A program made the translations under genes and the position numbers. The notes below the pieces were generated by a model, which was not told the DNA's origin, ran no database searches, and saw only the letters and a list, made by a program, of their open reading frames with translations. A stretch of 64,000 nt of DNA from Candidatus Bathyarchaeia archaeon (lineage in GTDB: Archaea > Thermoproteota > Bathyarchaeia > Bathyarchaeales > Bathycorpusculaceae). Shown in pieces: positions 49,520-58,491 of this stretch; the stretch's first letter is position 1; every line of letters starts with the position of its first letter. The stretch spans positions 169,633-233,632 of the forward strand of contig JAVYWL010000003.1 in NCBI GenBank assembly GCA_038727135.1, in the 5' to 3' direction.

Positions 49520-49583
49520 GGGGATGATGACGCCGTCCCAGTCTGATGGATGCAATATGAGGAGCTCATGACGGCCAGACCCC
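49520..49583 (+). ncRNA. C/D box 2'-O-methylation guide sRNA
   Basis: GGGG stem, box C ATGATGA (49524-30), 12-nt guide, D' CTGA (49543-46), C' ATGAGGA (49557-63), 12-nt guide, D CAGA (49576-79), CCCC stem; both guides complementary to 23S rRNA. Confidence 0.88.
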
Positions 49584-49606
49584 GCAAAATTTTCAAAGCT
49601 GGAAAA

Positions 49607-50302
49607 CTAACGAAGAAGCCTCGCCATTTTCTCCCTTTTCCGCTTAAGCCCGAAAGTTAACGCCAAAATCATTCCCGCAACGAAGCCGCCTATATGCGCC
49701 CAGTAGGCAACTTCGCTGTGGATTTCGAATATTACGTAAAACCATTGCAAAAGAAACCAGAAGCCCAGAAAAATAATAGCCGGAATTGGCAATATAAGAT
49801 AGGCAACAAGAGTTAAGATTCTAGCCTTTGGAAAAAGCACGAGATAGGCTCCCAAAACTCCGGAAATTGCTCCGGACGCCCCCACAACTCCAGTGGTTAG
49901 AAGTTCTTGGTTTTGGTAAGCTGGAATGAGATATAAGCTTAAAATATGTGTAAAGGCAGCTGCCAAGCCGCAAAATATGTAGAACGTCAAATAACCTAAA
50001 TGCCCAAAAATATCTTCAACGTTGTCTCCGAAAATAAAGAGAAAAAGCATGTTTCCAAGCAAGTGTAGCCAGTCAGCATGCATAAACATGGATGTCATTA
50101 AAGTGTAAAGCCTCTGCCCATGGATAACTTCGCTGGGATACATAGTAAAATCAGCCTCAATTCTCTCTGCAACTATTCGTGGAAAATAAATTTCCACGGT
50201 GGAAAGCCAGTAAACCACGAATATGACAACGTTTACAATTAACAATATACGATTAACATGAGGGGTGCTAAACGGACGGTTTAAATCCTTTAATGGAAGC
50301 AA
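49607..50302 (-). CDS. Rhomboid intramembrane serine protease
   Basis: SMFMHADWLHLLGNM, GASGAISG, AHIGGF. Confidence 0.93.
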   Translation of the reverse strand: MLPLKDLNRPFSTPHVNRILLIVNVVIFVVYWLSTVEIYFPRIVAERIEADFTMYPSEVIHGQRLYTLMTSMFMHADWLHLLGNMLFLFIFGDNVEDIFGHLGYLTFYIFCGLAAAFTHILSLYLIPAYQNQELLTTGVVGASGAISGVLGAYLVLFPKARILTLVAYLILPIPAIIFLGFWFLLQWFYVIFEIHSEVAYWAHIGGFVAGMILALTFGLKRKREKMARLLR

Positions 50303-50390
50303 CAGCCATCCTCGCTAAACTCACTATGCTTGCACGATGCTTAAAGCTTATCCGTCGAGATGTTAAGCTATGCAAAACGCCACATGTACA

Positions 50391-50768
50391 TTAGTAGGCT
50401 AGGCACTCGATCATTTTGCTGCAAGTTAAGCACTCGTCCGGTATTGGCGTGTTCTTTGGACGCTTCCTCAAATAGCCAAGAAAATGCTCACACTTCACCT
50501 CCTCTGACTTGCTTTCCTCCTTTTTACGCAAAACAACTGTGGAAGATTTTTCAGCTTCTTCGCTTTGATCATGCCTCGTGGTTTTTACTTCTCCAACTTT
50601 GGTTAGGCAACGTGGACAAGCATAATATGTCTTGGAAGAGCCGCCGGAAACAATGGTTGCCAAAATTGGTTTTTCAAAGTTTTCGCCACAGCCATAACAT
50701 GTTTGATTGTTATGCTTTGAAAGATAATACCCGCCGCCATACCTCGCTAACGTCATATTTTCAGACAT
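50391..50768 (-). CDS. Small two-Zn-finger protein
   Basis: CYGC...CPRC followed by CEHFLGYL...PDECLTC...IEC; start at ATG 50768. Confidence 0.7.
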   Translation of the reverse strand: MSENMTLARYGGGYYLSKHNNQTCYGCGENFEKPILATIVSGGSSKTYYACPRCLTKVGEVKTTRHDQSEEAEKSSTVVLRKKEESKSEEVKCEHFLGYLRKRPKNTPIPDECLTCSKMIECLAY

Positions 50769-50847
50769 ATTAAACGCCTCATCAATATGCAGAATATTAA
50801 TATTTAATAAACCTTTTTGCACAAAAGTACAACACAAAAACACATAG

Positions 50848-50922
50848 TGGGCCGGACCGGATTTGAACCGGTGACCTTCCGCACGTCAAGCGGATGTCCT
50901 AACCGAGCTAGACTACCGGCCC
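50848..50922 (-). tRNA. tRNA-Val(GAC)
   Basis: GGGCCGG acceptor; anticodon arm TCCGC-TTGACGT-GCGGA; GGTTCAAATCC T arm. Confidence 0.95.
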
Positions 50923-51022
50923 TTTTTGCCGAAAATAGTTTACTTGCATTTCCAGTATATAGCTGATTCGTTTTTGGGTAAAGATTTAAGATTTAAAATG
51001 GATTTTAGAGAGTGGTGGTTGT

Positions 51023-51107
51023 GCCGGGATGGCGGAGTGGATAACGCGCAGGCCTTGAGAGCCTGTGGCCCGTTTGGGCCGCGTGGGTTCGAATCCCACT
51101 CCCGGCG
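51023..51107 (+). tRNA. tRNA-Ser(TGA)
   Basis: Anticodon arm CAGGC-CTTGAGA-GCCTG; long variable arm; discriminator G. Confidence 0.95.
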
Positions 51108-51227
51108 CTTTCAAATCATTTTCAGTTTTGGCGGTCTAGGCGGAAGCAAGAAGCGCTTATTATTTTTGTACCACGTTTGTTGTGGAGCTGAATGTTAAAG
51201 CATTTATGATGGTATGGTGTATTTTTT

Positions 51228-51815
51228 ATGGGAAGGAATACTAGAATGCCTGAAGCCATAAGGAGTTTTATAGCCTTCGACATTGAAAGTGCCAGTGTTT
51301 TGGAAAGGATAATGGAGATGCAGGGGAGGCTTGTTGGGACTGGGGCGGATTTGAAGTGTGTTGAGCCTAAAAATATTCATATAACGGTGCGTTTTTTGGG
51401 GAATATAACTCCGAACATGGTTGACAAAATTTTTGAGGGTATGCGGAAGGTCCAGTTTGTTCCTTTCGACGTCAAGATTCAGGGGGTTGGCGCTTTTCCG
51501 GACTTGCGCTATCCTAGGGTTGTTTGGGCTGGCATTAGGAATGGTGCTAACGAGTTGAGGGGCATCTTCAGCCAGCTTGAGCCTTATTTGCGTAATTTAG
51601 GTTTTGCCCCAGACCCTAAAGGTTTTAGTCCCCACTTGACAATTGCCCGTGTTAGGAGTGGGCGGAATAAGGCTGCCCTTACAAAATTTTTAATGGAAAA
51701 TGTGAACTACGAGTTTGGGGTTGTCCGCGCAGAATGTTTAAGGCTTAAGAGAAGCGACTTAACACCTAAAGGTCCAATATATTCCACACTTAGGGAGTAC
51801 TGCCCACAAAAATAG
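51228..51815 (+). CDS. thpR: RNA 2',3'-cyclic phosphodiesterase (2H family)
   Basis: HITVRFLG and HLTIARV 2H motifs; GPIY. Confidence 0.93.
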   Translation: MGRNTRMPEAIRSFIAFDIESASVLERIMEMQGRLVGTGADLKCVEPKNIHITVRFLGNITPNMVDKIFEGMRKVQFVPFDVKIQGVGAFPDLRYPRVVWAGIRNGANELRGIFSQLEPYLRNLGFAPDPKGFSPHLTIARVRSGRNKAALTKFLMENVNYEFGVVRAECLRLKRSDLTPKGPIYSTLREYCPQK

Positions 51816-51836
51816 TAGCTGGATAAGTGGCTGTTT

Positions 51837-53261
51837 ATGTCTGAGGAGCTGGAAAAGGTTTGTAAGGCTGTTTTGGATAGGGTTACGCCAACAAGGGAGA
51901 AACGCGAAAAAATAGAGGCTTTGGCAAAGGAACTGGAAGCGAAAGTGGCTTCTGCCGCGGCGGATTTCGGCGTTAAGGCAATTGTGCGTTTGGAGGGCTC
52001 TGTTGCTAAGGACACTTGGCTGAACGAAGAGCCTGAAATAGACGTTTTCATGCGTTTGCCAATAAGTATACCCTGCAAGTCCCTTGGCGAAGTAGCCCTA
52101 AAAATAGCTAGGCGGGCAACCGAAGGCGCACGACAAGTGGAACGCTTCGCCGAGCATCCCTACCTGGAGGCTTTCATCGACGATGTTCGAGTTAATATAG
52201 TGCCGTGCTACGACACTAAGCCCGGTGAGTGGCTAAGCGCAACAGATCGCACGCCCTACCACACAGACTATGTGAAAAAGCGTTTAACCAGCCAAATGCG
52301 GGACGAGGTTCGCCTACTAAAGAGGTTTATGAAGGGTGTGGGCGTTTACGGTGCTGAAATCAAGGTTGGCGGCTTCAGCGGATACTTATGCGAGCTCTTA
52401 ATCATAAGTTATGGAGGTTTCGTCAACACATTGAGGGCTTTTGCACAGCATAAAAAGCGCATAATTGTGGACATAGAAAACCATTATAAAGGGAGAGAGG
52501 ACGAGCTGCCACTCTTGTTTGGTGAACCCCTAGTGATAGTTGACCCCGTTGACAAGGGGAGAAACGTGGCTTCAGCCGTTCAGTCACAAAAGCTTTACAC
52601 TTTTGTGGCGGCAGCAAGAGCCTTTCTAGAAAAGCCGAGCCTAAAATTCTTCTACCCGCCAGAAACAAAGCCGCTAACAACAAATGAGTTTAAAGCAAGG
52701 ATAAGCACGCGCGGTTCCGCAATGCTTTTTGTGGTTTTTGGGAAGGTTGAGGCTGTTCCAGATGTTTTGTGGGGTCAGCTTTACAAGTCTATGCGTTCGC
52801 TAACAAGACTTCTTGAACTTAACGATTTCAGCTTGTTACGCGGCACAGCATGGAGTAACGAGAAGGACCTAAACGCCTTCATATTCGAAATTGAAAGCCG
52901 CTACCTCCCGCCGGTAAGGAAGCACCTTGGACCACCGATGGAGAAAGAACGCGAATGCAAAAACTTTCTGGCAAAATATGCTGGCAATTCTGGAACGGTT
53001 ACAGGTCCCTACATTGAGGACGGAAGATGGATAGTTCATGTTAGAAGGAAGTACACGGACGCGGCTGCCCTCCTATATGAAAGGCTGAAGGATGGTGGTA
53101 GAAGCGCTGGAGTAGCCAAAGAAATAGCACAAGTGCTCCAGCATGGATTCAAAATTTTGGTTAACGAAGAGATAGCTGAAATCTACGAAAAGGACATTGA
53201 GTTTGCAAAGTTCCTTACAGAGTTTCTTTTAGGCAAGCCGAAGTGGCTAGAAGGCGCGTAA
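51837..53261 (+). CDS. cca: Class I CCA-adding enzyme
   Basis: GSVAKDTW, EIDVF, AEHPY, DRTPYH, GFSGYLCELL, DPVDKGRNVA. Confidence 0.96.
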   Translation: MSEELEKVCKAVLDRVTPTREKREKIEALAKELEAKVASAAADFGVKAIVRLEGSVAKDTWLNEEPEIDVFMRLPISIPCKSLGEVALKIARRATEGARQVERFAEHPYLEAFIDDVRVNIVPCYDTKPGEWLSATDRTPYHTDYVKKRLTSQMRDEVRLLKRFMKGVGVYGAEIKVGGFSGYLCELLIISYGGFVNTLRAFAQHKKRIIVDIENHYKGREDELPLLFGEPLVIVDPVDKGRNVASAVQSQKLYTFVAAARAFLEKPSLKFFYPPETKPLTTNEFKARISTRGSAMLFVVFGKVEAVPDVLWGQLYKSMRSLTRLLELNDFSLLRGTAWSNEKDLNAFIFEIESRYLPPVRKHLGPPMEKERECKNFLAKYAGNSGTVTGPYIEDGRWIVHVRRKYTDAAALLYERLKDGGRSAGVAKEIAQVLQHGFKILVNEEIAEIYEKDIEFAKFLTEFLLGKPKWLEGA

Positions 53262-54050
53262 GCATAAAGCGGCTAATAAAGAGATGCCAAGCGCCCAACA
53301 ATAAAACGCGAAAAAGTGGAATTTCCCCTCTATAATTGTTTTCCAAAGTAGTTTTAGGGCAAGATAGCCAACAACCATTGCTACAATCACGCCAACAGCG
53401 GTTTCAGCGAAACCAAAACTTGAAGCTGCAAACACATTAAATTGCTCGTAAAGGGTTAGTGTCAAAGCGCCTGTTATGGCTGGAATCGACAGCAGGAAGG
53501 AGAATTTGAAGGCTTTTTCACGCTTTATCCCAAGCAGAAGCGCCGCCGTAATTGTTAAGCCGCTTCTAGAAAGCCCTGGAACAACAGCTATGCCTTGGGC
53601 AACACCAATGAGAAAGACCTGCGAAAAACCAATTTCATCCACTCTTTCTTTTCCAATTCTTGCGAGGTAAAGCACTACACCACAAATGAGAAAAGCTGAT
53701 GCTATAAGCAAAATTTCGCCAAAAATGTTTTCTAGAAACATATGAAAAGCCAATCCAATAATTATTGTTGGTATTGTTCCAACAATTATGAGTGGAATGA
53801 ATTTTCCATAATCCGATTTGAAATCTAGGCGCTTTATGGCTGAAAGGATTTTTTGGATGTCGCTTCTAAAGAAGGCTACAACGACGGCTAATGTTCCAAA
53901 ATGGAGAATTACGTCAAAAAGCACGGGAACCGTTAGGCTTAAAGCCCTTTCAGCAAGCTTCAAATGCCCAGTGCTGGATATGGGAAGCCACTCCGTCAAA
54001 CCCTGAATTATACCTAGAATCAAGGCTTTTATTAGCTGGTCAAAGCTCAT
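53247..54050 (-). CDS. uppP: Undecaprenyl/polyprenyl-diphosphate phosphatase (BacA)
   Basis: QGLTEWLPISSTGHL, PGLSRSG, FSFLLSIP. Confidence 0.92.
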   Translation of the reverse strand: MSFDQLIKALILGIIQGLTEWLPISSTGHLKLAERALSLTVPVLFDVILHFGTLAVVVAFFRSDIQKILSAIKRLDFKSDYGKFIPLIIVGTIPTIIIGLAFHMFLENIFGEILLIASAFLICGVVLYLARIGKERVDEIGFSQVFLIGVAQGIAVVPGLSRSGLTITAALLLGIKREKAFKFSFLLSIPAITGALTLTLYEQFNVFAASSFGFAETAVGVIVAMVVGYLALKLLWKTIIEGKFHFFAFYCWALGISLLAALCLRAF

Positions 54051-54119
54051 GCAACTTCCCTTATCAGTTAGGGGTAAAGGATGACTTTGCAACCGTTTAA
54101 TATTAAAATTTGTGGCTTT

Positions 54120-54704
54120 TTAAGAAACTTCTATCTTGACATCGTCAATGTAATAGGTTAAGTAGGTTTCCCAACGCACGGAAATCCCAATGGCAGCCCA
54201 TAATTCTCCGCTTGAACTTGAGTCGAGAATTTTGGAGTATTCATAACGTTTCCACCCAGCCACCTCATTGGCTGCCCCGATGACTTGGAAGTCTGCCTCT
54301 GTTTCGGGGTCTTCAACACCAATGTATACGCATAAGGCTGCCAATGTGTTGAAGCTTTCTTGCTCGCTGTAAAGCCAGAAGGAAACCCTAACATTTGAAC
54401 GCTTACCCACCTCAATTTTCGTTTCAATCCAGATGGTTCCATCATCCTGCTGCCCATCTATAAAAAACTCCAAGGAATGTTGTCCAGTTCTCTGGACGTT
54501 TGATGTGCTGCCTATGTGCCACTCCACTGGTTGCCCAGGATTATTCGGGTCTTCTGGAACATCCGCATCTATAACCCACCTTCCAAAACCATCTTCGAAG
54601 CTCTCAAAATATACAAGAGGGGAACGGAGAATCCTTGTGCCAGTAACGCCGAGCACTATTGCAATCACTGTTACAACCGTTAAAATCACATAAATCCTCT
54701 TCAA
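54120..54704 (-). CDS. Membrane-anchored extracellular jelly-roll/CBM-like protein
   Basis: N-terminal TM; ESFEDG at the start and YYIDDVKI at the end, typical of beta-sandwich carbohydrate-binding modules. Confidence 0.6.
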   Translation of the reverse strand: MKRIYVILTVVTVIAIVLGVTGTRILRSPLVYFESFEDGFGRWVIDADVPEDPNNPGQPVEWHIGSTSNVQRTGQHSLEFFIDGQQDDGTIWIETKIEVGKRSNVRVSFWLYSEQESFNTLAALCVYIGVEDPETEADFQVIGAANEVAGWKRYEYSKILDSSSSGELWAAIGISVRWETYLTYYIDDVKIEVS

Positions 54705-54833
54705 AACACCACGCCTTACAGCTTACAAAAAGAGACTCCCATATAATGCTACGGTTTAGAACAAAACCATCAGTCTATGATTAAGCTTAAAGACGTTTCA
54801 GACGTTTATTATCTCCTCAAAGGTGAAAACGTT

Positions 54834-55382
54834 ATGGCTGAGTATCCACCCGGAAGCCTTGAAGACCGTGAAATGTTGGCTAAAATCCCTATGGAAAAGC
54901 TTCTAGACTATTTCTTCTTGCAGATTAGGAATTTGTGGCGGGTTGACGGCTTATACTTCCTCAGAATAGAAAAGGGGTTTGGAACAGAGGCGGCGACGGA
55001 AATTGATGCTGATGTTTGGGAGGCTATGGCAGCCATTGAGGCAAAAAGCCTTCAAAGGATGTTTGGCGTGGGCGAAAACCCTGACATACCAACAATTATG
55101 AGGCTTTTGCGCTTGACAAGCTGGGCTTTGGACCAGCCCTTCAAGACGGTTGAGGTTTCTGCTGAAAGGGCTGTTTTAAGCATAAACCGTTGCAGAACAC
55201 AAGAGGCTAGGCTAAGTAAGAGTCTAGGCGAGTTTCCATGCAAGCGTGTCAGATTTGGCTATTTGAGGAATTTTGCAAAGACCTTAAACCCAAAAGTTGA
55301 GGTTAACTGCCTCGTCTGCCCGCCCGACAAGCATCCGCAAGACCTTTGGTGCAGTTGGGAGTTCAAAATGCCACAAAAATAA
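54834..55382 (+). CDS. DUF6125/V4R-like protein
   Basis: NLWRVDGLYF, CRTQEAR, FPCK, CLVCPPD.HP...CSWEF. Confidence 0.7.
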   Translation: MAEYPPGSLEDREMLAKIPMEKLLDYFFLQIRNLWRVDGLYFLRIEKGFGTEAATEIDADVWEAMAAIEAKSLQRMFGVGENPDIPTIMRLLRLTSWALDQPFKTVEVSAERAVLSINRCRTQEARLSKSLGEFPCKRVRFGYLRNFAKTLNPKVEVNCLVCPPDKHPQDLWCSWEFKMPQK

Positions 55383-55432
55383 TGGATAAAAGAAATTTGG
55401 GAATTAGAAGAGGTAAACTTGTAAGCCTAATA

Positions 55433-55573
55433 CTAGTACCTTCGCCTTTGATTTCTTCTCTTCATCCAGCACTCTCGACAGTGGACTGGTCTGCTTGGGT
55501 CTGGGACGAAGGGAACTTCGCACTCTTGACCGCAATCAGAACAGACTGCCTTGTGCATCTCTTTACCAGACAT
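55433..55573 (-). CDS. CxxC-x17-CxxC domain small protein
   Basis: MHKAVCSDCGQECEVPFVPDPSRPVHCREC; AGGAG SD upstream. Confidence 0.88.
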   Translation of the reverse strand: MSGKEMHKAVCSDCGQECEVPFVPDPSRPVHCRECWMKRRNQRRRY

Positions 55574-55732
55574 TCGACTACTCAACTCCTTTAACTTATA
55601 TTGTGCAAAAGCCGCCACTGAAAAGCAGTTTTGCACGACCACCATATAGGCTATCCGGTCCCATATAAAAGTTTGCCATCAAACATTATTTTTATATTAA
55701 AGAGAAAATTTTTAACGCCAAAGTTGAATTAT

Positions 55733-56284
55733 ATGTTGAAGGGGAAGGGGAATTTGAAAAAAATTAAATTAAGCATCTTATTCTGCATTATTTTGCTTGT
55801 TGCTTATATTGGAACTGTAAACAACGTTGGTGCTTCTATTCGAAGGGAGCAAATTCTATTCCAAGGGCATTATCTCGATATAAACTGGTTAAGTTACCGT
55901 TACTCCGGTCCTTATTGGGTACAATCAGGAAAGACCATCACCATCGAGTGGGTGGCAGATAGAACAGTTACAGTTTACATCTTGAATCAAAAAGACTACG
56001 AGCAATGGCCAAAAATAGGTGGGCCTCTCTTATACCGGACTTATAAAACTGCTCAAGAGGGGACTCTTGAGTATTGTGTAAGTTATGCAGACAACTTTTA
56101 CATAGTAGTTATGGGATATGCTGGAATGGCTACTAGGCTGTATAGCTGGACGGAAAAACTTGTTTGGTATGAAAATGACCCTATTTCAGAATTTGTTCAA
56201 CCAGCGATAATTTTGGTCTTTGTAGCATTGATATCCATAACATTGGTATTAATTTTGAAAACTCGCAAGACGAAGGAATTATAG
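55733..56284 (+). CDS. Secreted beta-sandwich protein with C-terminal TM
   Basis: Signal peptide, beta-rich domain, C-terminal hydrophobic helix; start uncertain (55733 or 55754). Confidence 0.6.
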   Translation: MLKGKGNLKKIKLSILFCIILLVAYIGTVNNVGASIRREQILFQGHYLDINWLSYRYSGPYWVQSGKTITIEWVADRTVTVYILNQKDYEQWPKIGGPLLYRTYKTAQEGTLEYCVSYADNFYIVVMGYAGMATRLYSWTEKLVWYENDPISEFVQPAIILVFVALISITLVLILKTRKTKEL

Positions 56285-57358
56285 CGCAAGAAGCGTTAGC
56301 TGTTTTTTGGCTGACGTGAAGTTTGAGACTCTTACGCCTACGAGCCTGATTTTTCTTTCTGGTTTTAGGTAGTCTTGTATGAGTTCTTTGGCTGTTTTCT
56401 TTAGGTCTTGTAGGCGGTTTGTTATGAAGGGTAGTGTTTTGCTGTGGGTGTGGGTTTCGAAGTTTTCGTAGCGAACCCGCACTGTAACCGTTTTGAAGTA
56501 TAATTGCTGTTTCATGAGGTCGTTGTGGACCTCTTCTGCAAGCTTTTCCAAAGTGTTTAGCACGAGGTTGAAGTCCGATGTGTCCTCTTCGAAGGTTATG
56601 TCTCTGCTTATGGACTTTATTTGGCGCTGCTCCTCAACTTCGCTTTTGTCTATGCCATGAGCCATCAAATAAAGCTGAGTTCCCATCACGCCAAAAACTT
56701 CCGCAAGCACTGTTGGGTCGTGGCGGGCTAAATCCCCAATGGTTTTTATCCCCATAGCTCGGAGCTTCTGCTCCGTTTTCCGCCCAACCCAAAGTAGCTT
56801 GCGAACCGGAAGCGGGGCGAGAAACTTTTCGGCTTCTTCCTCTCTGACGACTGTTAAGCCGTCTGGCTTTTGGTAGTCGCTGGCTATTTTGGCTACCAGC
56901 TTGTTGGGTCCAATTCCAATGGAGCATGTAAGCCCCTCCTTTTCCATGATTTCCCTTTTTATTTGGCGGGCTAGAGCTTCTGCTTCCGCATAGTCCTTAA
57001 CCCTTGAGGTTACATCCAAAAAGGCTTCGTCTATACCCCAGCTTTCAAATTTGTCCGCGTACTTGCGAAGAATCGCCATAATTCTCTCTGAAACCTTTGT
57101 GTAAAGCTCATAGTTCACGGGTAGGTAAATGGCGTTTGGACAGAGCTTCCAAGCCTTCGAGATAGGCATGCCAGACCTGACGCCGTACTTGCGGGCTTCA
57201 TAGTTGCACGTGCTAACAACGCCTCGCCCTTTCCCCTCTTTTGGGTCCGCCCCAACAATAACCGGCTTCCCTCGGTATTCTGGATGCTCCCGCTCTTCTA
57301 TGGCTGTGAAGAAGTGGTCCATGTCAACGTGGAGGATTATGCGCCTTTTCTCAGCCAT
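56279..57358 (-). CDS. dinB: DNA polymerase IV (Y family)
   Basis: HVDMDHFF, NYEARKYGVRSGMP, GIDEAFLD, KIASDYQKPDG. Confidence 0.96.
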   Translation of the reverse strand: MAEKRRIILHVDMDHFFTAIEEREHPEYRGKPVIVGADPKEGKGRGVVSTCNYEARKYGVRSGMPISKAWKLCPNAIYLPVNYELYTKVSERIMAILRKYADKFESWGIDEAFLDVTSRVKDYAEAEALARQIKREIMEKEGLTCSIGIGPNKLVAKIASDYQKPDGLTVVREEEAEKFLAPLPVRKLLWVGRKTEQKLRAMGIKTIGDLARHDPTVLAEVFGVMGTQLYLMAHGIDKSEVEEQRQIKSISRDITFEEDTSDFNLVLNTLEKLAEEVHNDLMKQQLYFKTVTVRVRYENFETHTHSKTLPFITNRLQDLKKTAKELIQDYLKPERKIRLVGVRVSNFTSAKKQLTLLAL

Positions 57359-57504
57359 AAACCCGACTTTTCCAAAGCCTCTTCTCAAGTGTTAAACGGC
57401 TTTCATAAAATTTGAACCTATCGCCGTTTCGCTTGCGTTTAGTTTTGCTAATGATTACGGCTTCATAACTTTTAATGCTTCGGATTCCGACTATAAAGGG
57501 CTGA

Positions 57505-57747
57505 ATGAGGATGCCCACAATGAAGGTTCTTATGGAAAAGGATGCCCAACAAATCGCCATAGAATACCTGAAAAAGAGGAAGAACACTGAAAGGATAGAC
57601 ATATCCTCAATCGAACAGCGAAACGGGTACTGGGTTATTAAAGGAACATGCCCCATAGACCTTGAAGGACACCCATGGGCTGAAAAATTTGAAGTTGTTA
57701 TCGACGCGAAGGGAAAAATAAAATCCACAGATTTTTCGCTGCTGTAA
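57505..57747 (+). CDS. Small hypothetical protein (PepSY-like alpha/beta pattern)
   Basis: AQQIAIEYL...WVIKG...FEVVIDAKGKI. Confidence 0.6.
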   Translation: MRMPTMKVLMEKDAQQIAIEYLKKRKNTERIDISSIEQRNGYWVIKGTCPIDLEGHPWAEKFEVVIDAKGKIKSTDFSLL

Positions 57748-57824
57748 ATGTGTAACCATCAACCACTTTTTAGAACAAAAGGCATATTTGAGGAGAGAAC
57801 CATTAAGAAAATTGGAGATAATCC

Positions 57825-58289
57825 TTGTTTAGCAAAATTCTCGTTCCCTTGGACGGTTCTGAACACTCTTTAAGGGCACTGGACATAGCCATAAAAATAG
57901 CTAAAAAGTTTGATGGAAAAATCACCCTAATCCACGTATACTCCGTAAGCGTCAGACCCGTAGTAGTCCCAGAACCGTCAACGCTGACGCCTGGAATACC
58001 AATAATGGCGCCCACAGAATATTCAAGGGTGGCCGAGGCTGTTAGAGAGGCTGGAGCCAGAATACTAGCCCAAGGCAAGGAAAAAGCCAAAGCCGAGGGG
58101 GTTGAGGTTGAAACCCTTCTTAGGGAGGGACATGTTGTCCACGAAATTGTTAAGACGGCTGAAGAGGGCAAGTTTGACCTAATCGTTATGGGCGCCAGAG
58201 GAATAAGCAAGATAAAGGAGCTTATTCTGGGAAGCGTAAGCGACGGCGTAATAAGGAACGCTCCATGCCCAGTCCTAGTCACAAAATAG
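57825..58289 (+). CDS. Universal stress protein
   Basis: ILVPLDGSEHS, DLIVMGARG, LGSVS, APCPVLV. Confidence 0.95.
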   Translation: MFSKILVPLDGSEHSLRALDIAIKIAKKFDGKITLIHVYSVSVRPVVVPEPSTLTPGIPIMAPTEYSRVAEAVREAGARILAQGKEKAKAEGVEVETLLREGHVVHEIVKTAEEGKFDLIVMGARGISKIKELILGSVSDGVIRNAPCPVLVTK

Positions 58290-58491
58290 TATTTTCTCAC
58301 TTTACATTGCCAGTTTAACCTAAGTGTTGCAACATGCTGGTGCTCGGGGCTTCCGCCAAAAAGTTTATTTTCTCCTCCTAATGGGATTTTCTCGCTTTTC
58401 GCTTTGGGAGGGCAAGCCGACTCAGAAATGTTCGTGTTCACGCCTAAAATGGTTGGAGTGGGCGTGGTGGCTTCAGCAGGAGGAAGCATAC

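Noticed and set aside
49531-49542. D' guide partly complementary to the 5' end of tRNA-Ser at 51023
   Set aside because: Contains a mismatch close to box D'; the 23S P-loop gives a cleaner duplex that lands on a known methylation site
51023-51107. Possible tRNA-Sec or tRNA-Leu because of TGA/GAG in the loop and a long variable arm
   Set aside because: The 7-nt loop CTTGAGA centres on TGA (reads UCA = Ser); tRNA-Sec needs a TCA anticodon; discriminator G fits Ser
50926-51198. 90-aa ORF
   Set aside because: Spans tRNA-Ser; spurious
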